64,000 nt of DNA, from assembly GCA_046707905.1 (NCBI GenBank), contig JBKKDM010000183.1:12653-76652 (forward strand), in the 5' to 3' direction. Within the stretch, counting starts at the first letter, position 1; the number at the start of each line of letters is the position of its first letter. A program made the translations under genes and the position numbers. Positions 1 through 9,534 of this stretch are shown in pieces. The stretch comes from Candidatus Limnocylindrales bacterium. GTDB taxonomy: Bacteria > Chloroflexota > Limnocylindria > Limnocylindrales > CSP1-4. The notes beneath the pieces are model-generated. The model did no database searches, was not told the origin of the DNA, and saw nothing but the letters and a program-made list of their open reading frames with translations.

Positions 1-204
1 GTGGATCTCGGGTGCTGCCTCGATCGCGATCACGTCCCAGCCACGTTTCGCGAACTCCTCGGCGAACGACCCGACGTGCGCGCCGACATCGACAAGGAGC
101 CCGACCTCGTCAAGGTCCTCGGTGAAGGCGAGCAGCAGGTCAAGCTCGTTGACCTGGTGGCGGAGGCCCGCCGGCTGCGGCTCCGGGGGCGTGTCTGTGC
201 TCAT
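1..204 (-). CDS. FkbM-family SAM-dependent methyltransferase, N-terminal part only (gene runs off the left edge)
   Basis: Reverse-strand translation from ATG at 204 reads MSTDTPPEPQPAGLRHQVNELDLLLAFTEDLDEVGLLVDVGAHVGSFAEEFAKRGWDVIAIEAAPEIH. The VDVGAHVGSF...AIE pattern resembles the FkbM/class I methyltransferase SAM loop. ATGA overlap with the stop of the upstream SDR gene. Confidence 0.55.
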   Translation of the reverse strand, partial: MSTDTPPEPQPAGLRHQVNELDLLLAFTEDLDEVGLLVDVGAHVGSFAEEFAKRGWDVIAIEAAPEIH

Positions 205-941
205 TCCGTGCTGAGCCTGGCCAGCGCCCCTCCGTCTGCGACGAGGGTCTGTCCGGTGATGAACGACGAGCGTCGACCGTCGGCCAGGAACAGGATCGCC
301 TCGGCGATCTCGTCCGGCCGTCCAATTCTGCCGAGCGGGATCCGACGCGCGAGCCCGGCCAGGGCGGCGTCCAGGCCGTCGCGCGGGGCTGTGCGCTGCA
401 GGCCCTGACGGAGCATCCCGGTGTCGACCGCGCCGGGAGCGACGGCGTTCACCCGCACGTCCGGTGCCCACTCGATCGCAGCCGCTCGCGTCAGCGCCAC
501 GATCGCACCCTTGCTGGCCGCATACGGCGCCGCACCGGACGTTGTGGCCATCGCATGGACCGACGCCACGTTGACGACGGCCCCCTTCGAACGCTGGAGG
601 AACGGATAGGCGGCCTGCATCGCGAGAAACGTGCCGCGGGCGTTCGCCTCTAGGACCTCGTCCCACGCCGCCACGGGCGTCGTGTCGATGCGCTCGATGC
701 CCTGGACCGCGGCGACGTTCACCAGCGCGTCGAGTCCCGGAAGCGCGCCGAGGAACGCTCGCAGGTCGTCTCCGATGCCGGCACCCCGGAGATCGAGCGT
801 CGTGAAGGCCACCATCGGCGTCGTCCGCGGCGTATCCAGGAGATCGATCCCGGCCACGGACCAGCCGGCATCGTGAAAGCGGGCCGCCGTGGCCGCGCCG
901 ATGCCCCCCGCCACGCCGGTGATGGCGACGACATTGGTCAT
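201..941 (-). CDS. Short-chain dehydrogenase/reductase (SDR)
   Basis: 246-aa ORF. N-terminal ITGVAGGIGAATA Rossmann motif and YAASK catalytic motif. 4-nt overlaps with both neighbours. Confidence 0.85.
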   Translation of the reverse strand: MTNVVAITGVAGGIGAATAARFHDAGWSVAGIDLLDTPRTTPMVAFTTLDLRGAGIGDDLRAFLGALPGLDALVNVAAVQGIERIDTTPVAAWDEVLEANARGTFLAMQAAYPFLQRSKGAVVNVASVHAMATTSGAAPYAASKGAIVALTRAAAIEWAPDVRVNAVAPGAVDTGMLRQGLQRTAPRDGLDAALAGLARRIPLGRIGRPDEIAEAILFLADGRRSSFITGQTLVADGGALARLSTE

Positions 942-1882
942 CGGCGGACCTCGTCCAGGCCGCGGATGAGATTCTCGATGGCCAGCTCGCTCGTCCGGTG
1001 CCTCGCCTCCACGGTGTTCGAGGCGTTGTGCGATCCGAGGATCACCTGCTCGAACCGGCGCAGCGGGCTCGTCATCGGCAACGGCTCGACCTCGTACACG
1101 TCAAGCGCCGCGGCGCCGACCTGGCCGCTGCCCAGCGCCGTGATCAGCGCGGCTTCATCGATGAGGCCGCCGCGGGCGGTGTTGATGATCCAGGCGCCGC
1201 GTGGCAGGACGGCGATCGAGTCGGCGTTGAGCAGGTGATGGCTGCCGGCCGTCAAGGGGGCGTTGAGCGAGACGACCTGCGATTCGGCCAGCAGCGCCTC
1301 CAGGCTGACCACCTCCACGCCGAGCTGGGCGGCGCTGGCCTGGTTTGTCGGGTCGATCTCGGCGCCGAGAACGCGCATCCCCATGGCCAGCGCTCGGCGC
1401 GCCACGGCCCGGCCGATATGTCCCAGGCCGACGACGCCCATGGTCCGGCCGGCGAGCGACCTGCCGTCCGGCTTCGCCCACTCGCCGGCGCGGACCGCGC
1501 GATCCGTTCGGTGGAGCTCGCGGGCGATCATGATCAGATAGCCGATCGCGACGTCCGCGACCTCGTCCCCGAACATCCCGGGTGTGTTCGTGACGCGGAT
1601 GCCAAGCTCGGCCGCGGCGGCCAGGTCGATCGCGTCCGTGCCCACTCCCCACTTGGACACGATCCGGAGGCGATCCGCGCGCTCGAGGACGGCGCGGGTC
1701 ACGTAGTCGTCCCCCGCGATCATCCCATCGACGCCGGGGATCAGCTCGAGCATCTCGACCTCGGTGAGCTGCTGTTGGATCGACGGCAGGATGAGCTCCG
1801 CGTGCCGTTCATCGAGGCGATGCCGGTGGTCGGCGAGCGTCCGCTGCAGCTGCAGGTTCGAGATGAGGATCCGCTCGTTCAT
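938..1882 (-). CDS. D-isomer-specific 2-hydroxyacid dehydrogenase (phosphoglycerate dehydrogenase-like)
   Basis: Starts at MNERIL (residue 23 of the 938..1948 ORF), giving an ATGA overlap with the upstream stop at 1879. GVVGLGHIGRAVARRA NAD-binding motif, WGVGTDAIDL and ARGGLIDE family motifs. Confidence 0.85.
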   Translation of the reverse strand: MNERILISNLQLQRTLADHRHRLDERHAELILPSIQQQLTEVEMLELIPGVDGMIAGDDYVTRAVLERADRLRIVSKWGVGTDAIDLAAAAELGIRVTNTPGMFGDEVADVAIGYLIMIARELHRTDRAVRAGEWAKPDGRSLAGRTMGVVGLGHIGRAVARRALAMGMRVLGAEIDPTNQASAAQLGVEVVSLEALLAESQVVSLNAPLTAGSHHLLNADSIAVLPRGAWIINTARGGLIDEAALITALGSGQVGAAALDVYEVEPLPMTSPLRRFEQVILGSHNASNTVEARHRTSELAIENLIRGLDEVRR

Positions 1883-2550
1883 GGCTCGCTCCGAAGCGCG
1901 TACAGGGCCTCCGCGACCCGGAAGTCCACCTCCTCGTCGATGTCCCACGCCTCGTCGCGCCGAATCTCGAAGAGGATCGGCCGTTCGCCGATCCGATTGC
2001 CGTGGCGTTCGAGGCTGTCACGGCTGAAGAGGTAGACGCACGAGTTCTCCTCGTACACGGGTGGCAGGTCCTGCGTGCGGATCAGGACGGAGGGGTCGTG
2101 ATTCAGGGCCGAGCCATCCCCATTCCAGAGGCGGGTCTGGAGCTTGGTGACGCCGAACAGCGAGTCGCTCGCCGGATCCCCGAGCAGGCGCTCGATCGCT
2201 GCCGTGACCGTGGCCGTCCGCAGGAGCGGATTGGTGCTGTGGGTCTGGAGGTAGAGGTCGGCGTCGATCCGGCCGACGTCATGCAGGAGGACGTCGTTCA
2301 TCGGGATCATGCCGTCCCGCAGGTGCAGGGGCCGCTCCAGGACCTCGACATCGGGAAAAGCAGCCTTCGCGCTGTCGCGAACGACCTCGCTGTCGGTGTC
2401 GATCGCGACCGTGCTGATCGCCGGGCTGGCCAGCAGCGTCTCGACGATGTGGTGGAAGAGCGGTCGCCCGCCGAGCGGCCGATAGTTCTTGCCCCGGACG
2501 CGCTCGCTGTCGTGGCGCATGGGCACGATGGCCACCACCCGTGGTGTCAC
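1879..2550 (-). CDS. Acylneuraminate/CMP-sugar cytidylyltransferase family protein (NeuA/KdsB-like)
   Basis: C-terminal 224 aa of ORF 1879..2778, starting at VTPRVVAIVPMRHDSERVRGKNYRPLGGRPL, the typical N-terminus of this cytidylyltransferase family. GTG at 2550 forms a GTGA overlap with the upstream stop at 2547. Confidence 0.8.
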   Translation of the reverse strand: MTPRVVAIVPMRHDSERVRGKNYRPLGGRPLFHHIVETLLASPAISTVAIDTDSEVVRDSAKAAFPDVEVLERPLHLRDGMIPMNDVLLHDVGRIDADLYLQTHSTNPLLRTATVTAAIERLLGDPASDSLFGVTKLQTRLWNGDGSALNHDPSVLIRTQDLPPVYEENSCVYLFSRDSLERHGNRIGERPILFEIRRDEAWDIDEEVDFRVAEALYALRSEP

Positions 2551-3176
2551 GGGAGGGCCTCGAGGATCGCGCGCACCGGTGACGCCTCCGCGCCGTCGAG
2601 GCGGAGCGGCAGGCAGGTCAGCCGGTAGTCCCCGGCCGCGACCGCGCTCAGGTCCAGGCCCTCGAGGATCGCGACCCCGGCCCGCATGAGGATCCGGTGG
2701 GTCTCCCCGTCGTCCTCCCACCGCTGGATGGAAAGGTGGTCGGTCCCGACGAGCCGGAGCCGGCGGTCCGCGATCCACGCCGCCCCCTCGGGCGTGAGGG
2801 CAACGTAGTCCCGGTCGAACGCCGGCTGGGCCGCCCAGGCCCCCGAGTTCCGTGTCCGCAGGAGGATGCGCGTCGTGCCCGGCGGCACGGCCTCGAGCTC
2901 CCGCGGACCGATCGAGTCGACGTCCGGCAGGTGCAGGACGTGCGCGGGTCCGACGAAGATCTCAAGCGGGAAGGTGTCGAGGGCGGACCCGTCGGCCAAG
3001 AAGTGGAGTGGCGACTCGACGTGCGTGCCGCAATGGACGTCCATCTCGAGGGTGCTCACGTTGGCGGCGTCGCCATTGGCAATGGCCAGCGCCCGCCGGA
3101 TCGCGAATCCGTCCGAGCCGGGCCAGATCGGCATGCCCTCGCGCAGTCGGACGGAGATGTCAATCGGCTCGGGCAC
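2547..3176 (-). CDS. Cyclase-family protein (kynurenine/aryl-formamidase-like metal hydrolase fold)
   Basis: C-terminal about 209 aa of ORF 2547..3407. The MDVHCGTHVESPLHF motif and DHLSIQ region are typical of the putative-cyclase/arylformamidase family. Start assigned to GTG at 3176 (VPEPIDISV...). Confidence 0.7.
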   Translation of the reverse strand: MPEPIDISVRLREGMPIWPGSDGFAIRRALAIANGDAANVSTLEMDVHCGTHVESPLHFLADGSALDTFPLEIFVGPAHVLHLPDVDSIGPRELEAVPPGTTRILLRTRNSGAWAAQPAFDRDYVALTPEGAAWIADRRLRLVGTDHLSIQRWEDDGETHRILMRAGVAILEGLDLSAVAAGDYRLTCLPLRLDGAEASPVRAILEALP

Positions 3177-4140
3177 TGGGCTCCTTCTGCTCGCGGTCGT
3201 CGTAGCGGATGGGATTCGCGTTGGGGGGCACTTCCTGCCTGACCGGCCGGCGCCATCCATGGGGGTAGTAGAACCGGCTCCGGAGGGCCGCCGAACCTTC
3301 GCCGCGCTGTCGGAAGCCGCGATACGTGCCGTAGAACTGGGCGATCCGGAACGCCGGGATCGAACCCAGGTTCTCGAGGAGCACCCGATCCCGGCCAGCG
3401 TGGACATAGTCGCTTGCGATGTTGGCGATGGCCAGGCGGATCGCTTCGAATGCGCTCATCGCATGCTCGTGGTAGATCCGCTTGTGGGCGATCGCCTCAC
3501 GCCGGTACCGATTGACGACCCCGCCCCAGGTCTCCTCGTGGGCATGCACGACCGGGGCCGTGGCGACATAGGCGATGGCATGGCCCGCCTCGAGCGCCTT
3601 CTTCGCCCAATCCAGGTCCTCCAGCCCGGTGAGGTCCTCGTCGTACGGCTGATTCTGCCAAACGGATCGTCGGACGGCGGCGTTCGCGTTGTTGGCAAAG
3701 GGATGGTCCTGACGCGCCGTCGACGTCGCCGGAAACCACCGCGCCATGACCCGCTGCTCCGAGTACTTGGTGCGCTCGTTTCCTTCCTGGCGCCCGTAGG
3801 TCAGCGCCACCTCGGGGTCAGAGAACGGAGCCGTGAGCTCCGCGAGCCAGGTGTCGTACACGGGATGGACGTGGGCGCTGGCGAACACGAGGATGTCGCC
3901 GTTCGCTGCCCGGCAGCCGATGTTCAACGACCGCCCGAAGGAGAACTCCTCGGGCTCGATTGTGTGGACCTCGACCGGAAAGCGCCGCGCGATCGCGACC
4001 GTCGCATCGGTGGAGCCGGAATCGACGATCACGATCTGGTCCGGCGGCTGCGTCTGGCGAGCCAGGCCGCTGAGGAGCCGCCCGATGTGGCGTTCCTCGT
4101 TGAAGCAGCGCACGATCACGGACGTTCGGAGCGATTTCAC
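3160..4140 (-). CDS. Family 2 glycosyltransferase (GT-A)
   Basis: 326-aa ORF. SVIVRCFNEERHIGRLLSGL...IVIVDSGSTD and a DxD-like region are classic GT2 N-terminal motifs. Confidence 0.85.
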   Translation of the reverse strand: MKSLRTSVIVRCFNEERHIGRLLSGLARQTQPPDQIVIVDSGSTDATVAIARRFPVEVHTIEPEEFSFGRSLNIGCRAANGDILVFASAHVHPVYDTWLAELTAPFSDPEVALTYGRQEGNERTKYSEQRVMARWFPATSTARQDHPFANNANAAVRRSVWQNQPYDEDLTGLEDLDWAKKALEAGHAIAYVATAPVVHAHEETWGGVVNRYRREAIAHKRIYHEHAMSAFEAIRLAIANIASDYVHAGRDRVLLENLGSIPAFRIAQFYGTYRGFRQRGEGSAALRSRFYYPHGWRRPVRQEVPPNANPIRYDDREQKEPSARAD

Positions 4141-4174
4141 GAGCGGCCCCGGACCGGACGCCGCCGGGCGATCG

Positions 4175-6706
4175 TCATGAGCTGCGGACCAATGGTTCGC
4201 TTTCCGTTGTCGCGGACCCTTCGACCGATGGCACCGGGGCCGCGAGGGATCGTTCGATGGTGTCGGCCGTCCGCGTGGCGACCGAGGTGCCGGGGATCAT
4301 CGAGACCTGGCGCTCGAAGAAGGCTGCCGCTCGCTCCTTGGCCTGCGATCGTGTCCGCGCCCGGGCCGACTCGATGTGGTGGAAGAGCGTCTGGGGATCC
4401 TCCGCGATGTCGAACGCCCCTTCCGGGTGGTGGAAGGTTGGCACCTGTTCGCCGTGAGGGTTGTAGTAGATCACCGAGCAGCCGCGGGCCATGCCCTCGA
4501 AGAGGACAGTGGAGAACCGCGAGACGAGGATCGAGTCGGTTGTCATGAGATGCCGAATCGGCTCGGCTGCCGCCAGGCCGGGAAACTTCGCGGACTCGGA
4601 GGGATGCAATGACAGGTCCAGCGGCACGTTCGCGCGCCGGCACGCGTCCCGGAGGGTTTCCACCCAGAGATCGCGGTGCTCGCTCTGTACGCCGTAGGTG
4701 AAGTTCACGTTGCCGACGACCCGGGGATCCCGATCGGCCGGCAGCGGACCGGTCCAGATGGCCTCCAGTCGGTCGCTGCCGATGACCTCGAGGCGACCGC
4801 GGCGCCCTTCAAGGGCGCGGACGTCGTTCTCGCCCTGGCAGAGGACGACCTTGGCGCTCAGGTAGGCGTTTCTGACGCGTCCGGTGTCGTGGTCCAGCCA
4901 GTCCTGGACGCCTTCGACCTTCGCGAAGGAGATGGTCGAGGTCCCCGCGACGTATTGCACGTAGTCGCCGTAGTACTCGCCCCAGTCGTTGAACGTGAGA
5001 AGGGCATCGAACCCGTCGAGCCACGCCCCGGCGGGGAGCGCCTTCGCCGCGGGTACGTCGACTCGCGCCAGCGCGCTCCCGGTCGTGGCCCAGCGCCGCT
5101 CATTGAGCATCGCGATGGGCATGAAGCCGCGCGACCGGAGCTCCTCGGCAAGATCGATCAGCTCGTCCGTGTGATAGGCGGACGACGGCAGCATCAGGAA
5201 GGGCCTGCCACCGCGAGTCAGCGACTCCAGCGACTGCGGCGTCACCTCCAGGAGCCGTGGCTGCCTGACCGGACGGGCGATGCCGCGGTGCGGCAGGCCG
5301 GGCCGCTCAGTAGCATCCAGCCACTGGCCGGCTCGGCGGCGGGCATCCTCGATCAACGGCCCCACCCGACGCTCGACCTCGCGGACGACCGGCCCCTCCA
5401 TGGCGCGCTCCCCACGGGGACGCGTGACGCGCCGGGACCCGCCCAGCGCGAGCTGCCGGAGATCCACCGCCCAGCCAACGAGCGGGTAGGGCACCGTCTC
5501 GAGGTCCGCAACGAGCCGCTGGATCGCGGCCTCCGAGCTCCCGTCGGCGAGGGCCATCCCCAGCGCCGCGGCCGTCCGGCGCGTGAAGCCAACAGCCGAC
5601 CGATAGTTGCCGAGGTCCTCGGCGTAGAAGTACGGCCCATGCTCGCCCGCCGGGGCCGCGGCGGGTGCGTTGCGATCCTCGAGGAGCTTCGTGATCGTGG
5701 CCCGCATGGCAAGGGCCGTCGCGACGGCATGCGATGTCGGCTTGCGGCGGTAGGCGACGCCCACGCTCTCCGTGCCGGCCAGCGTGAAGCCCCAGCGGAA
5801 GAGCTTGAACCAGAGGATCTGGTCCTCCGCGGTCGGCGCGTCGTCGAATCCACCGACGGCCAGGAACACGTCTCGGCGCACGATCGGCGCGGAGGCGATG
5901 AACGTGGCGTCCTCGATGTGGCTCAGCCACGAGAAGGTCTCCCTCGCGCTCCCACGTGGGACCACCCAGTCCTCCGGCGTGCGCTCGACATCCACGGTCT
6001 CGTGCCAGCAGTAGGAGCCTGCGACCCATGGAAGGTCGCTGAACCGCTCGGCGACCTCGACACGGGCTGCCAGCGAATCCGGGGCGAGGAAGTCGTCCAG
6101 GTCCAGGAAGGTGACGTACCTGCCGGACGCGTGGGCGGTGCCCATGTTGCGCGCGAGCCCGATGCCCACGGACTGGGCCGTGCGGACGACCTTGAAGCGA
6201 GGATCGTTGCCGATCTCATCGAGGACCACGTCGAGCGTCGAGTCGGTCGAGCCGTCGTCGACCAGGATGGCCTCGAAGTTGGCCAGGGTTTGCCGCTTGA
6301 GGCTCCGGATGCAGTCGCGGGCGTACGCCGCCTCGTTCTTTCCCGGGATCACTACGCTGACGATCGCGGGTGATCGACCGATGGCCGACGGGCGCGGCGC
6401 TGGAGGCGCGGCGGGACCGGCGTGCCCCGCGATCAGCGGCTGCCCGGCCCTGACGCCTTCCAGGCGGCGATTCAGGAGTGCCAGCAACGTCACCACGGCA
6501 AGGGTCGCGGCGGCGACCCCAACGACCTGGACGAGGAGATGGTCGACGGCCGTCGCCGCCAGGAGGCCGGCCGCGACCACGGCGATCAGCGCGGCCCGGA
6601 TCGGGCTCGCAAAGGTCACGAGGAGCCGAGCCAGCCTCCGGATCCGGTTCGGGATGGAAGCGGACCTCGATCGGCCTGGCCTGCCGGGGCCGCGACGCGC
6701 GCTCAT
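4175..6706 (-). CDS. Large membrane-anchored bifunctional glycosyltransferase: N-terminal TM segment, GT2 domain, C-terminal GT-B/capsule-synthesis-like domain
   Basis: 843-aa ORF with GGAGG 9 nt upstream of the ATG at 6706. Hydrophobic segment LIAVVAAGLLAATAV. GT2 motifs VVIPGKNEAAY...ILVDDGSTD...FLDLDD. The C-terminal SILVSRFSTVLFEGMARGCSVIYYNPHGE resembles GT-B sugar-transferase C-termini. That assignment is tentative. Confidence 0.75.
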   Translation of the reverse strand: MSARRGPGRPGRSRSASIPNRIRRLARLLVTFASPIRAALIAVVAAGLLAATAVDHLLVQVVGVAAATLAVVTLLALLNRRLEGVRAGQPLIAGHAGPAAPPAPRPSAIGRSPAIVSVVIPGKNEAAYARDCIRSLKRQTLANFEAILVDDGSTDSTLDVVLDEIGNDPRFKVVRTAQSVGIGLARNMGTAHASGRYVTFLDLDDFLAPDSLAARVEVAERFSDLPWVAGSYCWHETVDVERTPEDWVVPRGSARETFSWLSHIEDATFIASAPIVRRDVFLAVGGFDDAPTAEDQILWFKLFRWGFTLAGTESVGVAYRRKPTSHAVATALAMRATITKLLEDRNAPAAAPAGEHGPYFYAEDLGNYRSAVGFTRRTAAALGMALADGSSEAAIQRLVADLETVPYPLVGWAVDLRQLALGGSRRVTRPRGERAMEGPVVREVERRVGPLIEDARRRAGQWLDATERPGLPHRGIARPVRQPRLLEVTPQSLESLTRGGRPFLMLPSSAYHTDELIDLAEELRSRGFMPIAMLNERRWATTGSALARVDVPAAKALPAGAWLDGFDALLTFNDWGEYYGDYVQYVAGTSTISFAKVEGVQDWLDHDTGRVRNAYLSAKVVLCQGENDVRALEGRRGRLEVIGSDRLEAIWTGPLPADRDPRVVGNVNFTYGVQSEHRDLWVETLRDACRRANVPLDLSLHPSESAKFPGLAAAEPIRHLMTTDSILVSRFSTVLFEGMARGCSVIYYNPHGEQVPTFHHPEGAFDIAEDPQTLFHHIESARARTRSQAKERAAAFFERQVSMIPGTSVATRTADTIERSLAAPVPSVEGSATTESEPLVRSS

Positions 6707-6900
6707 CGAGCGCTACCTCCGGTTGGTTGCAGCGGGGGGCACGTCAGCCTGAGCGTGGCCGGCGGCTTCACCCGCGCCACGGGCGGTAGGCCATGGGTCG
6801 GACCCTCCTCGACGTGCTGCTCCTGGCCCCCGCCGACCGCTTCGACCGTCCGCGCGCCTCCAAGGCAACGGTGGCGCCCAATGATATCGAGGGACGTCCG

Positions 6901-9534
6901 TCACGAACGTTCATCCAGGGCGTGGAGCCCGGCCCAGGGCCGGCTCAGCTCCTCGACCGCGGCGACCACGCGCGCACACGCCTGGCCATCTCGGACGGGA
7001 AATGTCGCGTCGATCCGTTCCTGGTAGGCAGGGGTGGGGCGAGGTCCATGCTCGATCGCTGCCAGGATCGCCGCTTCGGCCGCCTGCAGGTCCTCCACCA
7101 CCGGGCCGAATCCGTCGCGCCGGTAGTCGAAATAGCCCCTCCGTCCGACGTGAAGCCCACCCAGCATCGCGTCTCGATCGAACTGGAAGTACACGGTCGG
7201 CCTGTCGATGTAGGCGATGTTGAAGGCCACCGAGGAATAGTCCGTCACGAGGAGCGCGCAGCGGACGTAGAGGTCCTGGACGTCGCCACCGGCGAACGAC
7301 AGGAGCTCGACGTGCGCCGGCAGCTCCAACTCATCGTGCAGCGATTGGAAGTTCGGGTGGGGCATGAACCCGATCCGCCAACCCCGGCGAGCCACGGCGT
7401 CGGCGATCGAAGGGGAGCGCAGCAAGGCCATCCAGCTCGTGATGAAGTCGGACTCCCAGATCGCCGGATCGACCGCCCGGCGCTGCTCTCCGGAGGCCAG
7501 CGGCACGGTGAGCCACTGGCGCCACGTGGGGGCGACGATCACCAGGTCGCGTCCGTCGGGCGGCACCGCGCGGCCCTTGGCGAGGAGGCGGTCGAAGCGC
7601 GGCAGACCCGTCAGGCGGGTCTCCTTGGTGGTGAACCGGTATGCCGTCCCGTCGCCGGCCACGGACGCAAGCTCTGCGTCGGTGCTCACAACGAACAGGT
7701 CGAGCTCCGTTCGATTCAACCATCGAGAGAGGTCGTCCTTGGTCACGCCGTGCTGGAGGAATCCCAGTCGCCAGTCGCCTTCGGGACGGCGCGCGATGGC
7801 CGTGCCGAGGTGCGACGTCAAGGCCCACGCGGCGTTCTGCAGCAGCATTCGCCAGGTCCAGGACCCGTGTGCGACGAGCCGCCGCTCCCCCCGGGCCACG
7901 AGGCGCTCCCAGTCCGGGGTCCCCCGCTCCAGCACGAACCACGCGTTGATGTCCGGTCTGGTGGCGCGGAGGTGCTCGAACAGCCGCTCGCCGTTGTCAT
8001 CGGCGTCGTGGATGCGATCCATGAGCGCCCAGGCGTCACGGAAGCGGCCGCGGTACGGCCAGCTCCGCGCGGCGAACCGTGCCGCCAGCGATGCGAGCAG
8101 TCGCGGAACACGACGCGCGCGCCGCGCGATCCGGCGGCCGAGCGCGTCCCGGCCCCGGCGGCGCAGGACCAGGAGGCGATCCTGGGTCGCCGGGCCAGCC
8201 TGCCGCTCGGTCGCCGATGGTCCCGAGCGCGAGGCAGCCTCGGGCATCGGCCGGTCATCGAGCGCGATCTCCAGATCTTCAGTGTCCGGCAGCCACAGCA
8301 GCCGTTCCCACAGGAAGTCCCGCTCGAAGTAGCGGTGGACCATCGTCTTCTCGAACGCCGGCCGGATCGTCTGGCCGCCCGCCCGGAAGACCTCCCGCGG
8401 CGGCCGGCCCACGTACCGGTAGTGATACCGCCGGAGGCCCATCGTTCGATCGCGCCGGGAGCGGACGATGTCCGTTGAATGCCAGTCCCTGCCGCGCGCG
8501 GCGTGTGCCAGCAGGTCGACCCAGACCGGGTCGAGGGCGCGGCCCCGGTGCCGGGCGACGATCGCCGGATCGAGCTCCCGCAGCAGCCGATCGAGCAGCT
8601 CGTGGAATCGCGGGGCCAGCTCGGGCGGGACCCGAACGGTCGTGCTGATCCGCTGGTCCCCCGAGAGGTACCACGACAGCTCGTACACGATGAGCTGCTG
8701 GATCCAGGCGGAAACCGAGCCACCCGGCTGCCGGCCCCGCTCGATGAGATCGAGGTAGCCGAGCTCGAGCACGTCGGAGTAGCGACCGGGGTGGCCCATG
8801 CTGCCTTGCATCGTCGAGTCGCCGCCGGCCCGCTTGCGGTACAGGTACACCGAGCCGCGGACGAGCCCGATCCGGGGGCGTGGCAGGTCCAGGAGGTATC
8901 GAGCGGCGAAGTGCCCGTCCTCGAAGTTCGGCTTGATCCGCGTGTCGAACGCGAGGTTGGCGGCCCGGATCCGATCCAGCCGGAAGAAGCTGCCCGAGGA
9001 GACCCCAAGGAACACGTTCGGCTCATCGGTCAGATCGACAGATCGATCTCCACCGTCGTACTGCCATTGGCGCGGGTGGTGGCGACGCTTGGAGCCGGCA
9101 AGCTCGTCGAGGATCACCGGCAGCCCGCTCAGCAGCTCGACGTCGGGGTTCGCCCGGGCGAACCGCTCGGCCGCGCCCAGGTAGTCGGGATCGAGGAGGT
9201 CATCGGGGTCCGGGAACGTCACCCACTCGCCGGTCGCATGGCCCAGGCCGAGGTTGCGCGCGGACGCCTGACCGCCGTTCGGCTTGGCGTAGACGCGGAC
9301 CCTCCCGGAGCTGCGCGCGGCCCAGGCGCGCAGGAGGTCGAGCGATCCGTCCGTCGAGCCGTCGTCGACCGCGATGACCTCGAGCTCGTCAGCCGCCACG
9401 TCCTGCCGCTCGATCGACGCGATGAACTCCGGCAGATACCGCTCCACGTTGTAGACCGCCGAGACGATCGAGAAGCGCGGGCGGCCTGCGGCTCCGGCGG
9501 CCGGCACCACGGGAGCACCCGGATCGCCGCTCAC
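6901..9534 (-). CDS. Fusion protein: GT2 glycosyltransferase plus CDP-glycerol/ribitol glycerophosphotransferase (TagF/TarL-like) domain
   Basis: Start at GTG 9534 (residue 84 of ORF 6901..9783), a GTGA overlap with the upstream stop at 9531. GT2 motifs FSIVSAVYNVERYL...VIAVDDGSTDGS...FPDPDD. The TagF-type region has FLQHGV, IVAPTWRQW, MPHPN and LVTDYSSVAFNIAY. Confidence 0.85.
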   Translation of the reverse strand: MSGDPGAPVVPAAGAAGRPRFSIVSAVYNVERYLPEFIASIERQDVAADELEVIAVDDGSTDGSLDLLRAWAARSSGRVRVYAKPNGGQASARNLGLGHATGEWVTFPDPDDLLDPDYLGAAERFARANPDVELLSGLPVILDELAGSKRRHHPRQWQYDGGDRSVDLTDEPNVFLGVSSGSFFRLDRIRAANLAFDTRIKPNFEDGHFAARYLLDLPRPRIGLVRGSVYLYRKRAGGDSTMQGSMGHPGRYSDVLELGYLDLIERGRQPGGSVSAWIQQLIVYELSWYLSGDQRISTTVRVPPELAPRFHELLDRLLRELDPAIVARHRGRALDPVWVDLLAHAARGRDWHSTDIVRSRRDRTMGLRRYHYRYVGRPPREVFRAGGQTIRPAFEKTMVHRYFERDFLWERLLWLPDTEDLEIALDDRPMPEAASRSGPSATERQAGPATQDRLLVLRRRGRDALGRRIARRARRVPRLLASLAARFAARSWPYRGRFRDAWALMDRIHDADDNGERLFEHLRATRPDINAWFVLERGTPDWERLVARGERRLVAHGSWTWRMLLQNAAWALTSHLGTAIARRPEGDWRLGFLQHGVTKDDLSRWLNRTELDLFVVSTDAELASVAGDGTAYRFTTKETRLTGLPRFDRLLAKGRAVPPDGRDLVIVAPTWRQWLTVPLASGEQRRAVDPAIWESDFITSWMALLRSPSIADAVARRGWRIGFMPHPNFQSLHDELELPAHVELLSFAGGDVQDLYVRCALLVTDYSSVAFNIAYIDRPTVYFQFDRDAMLGGLHVGRRGYFDYRRDGFGPVVEDLQAAEAAILAAIEHGPRPTPAYQERIDATFPVRDGQACARVVAAVEELSRPWAGLHALDERS

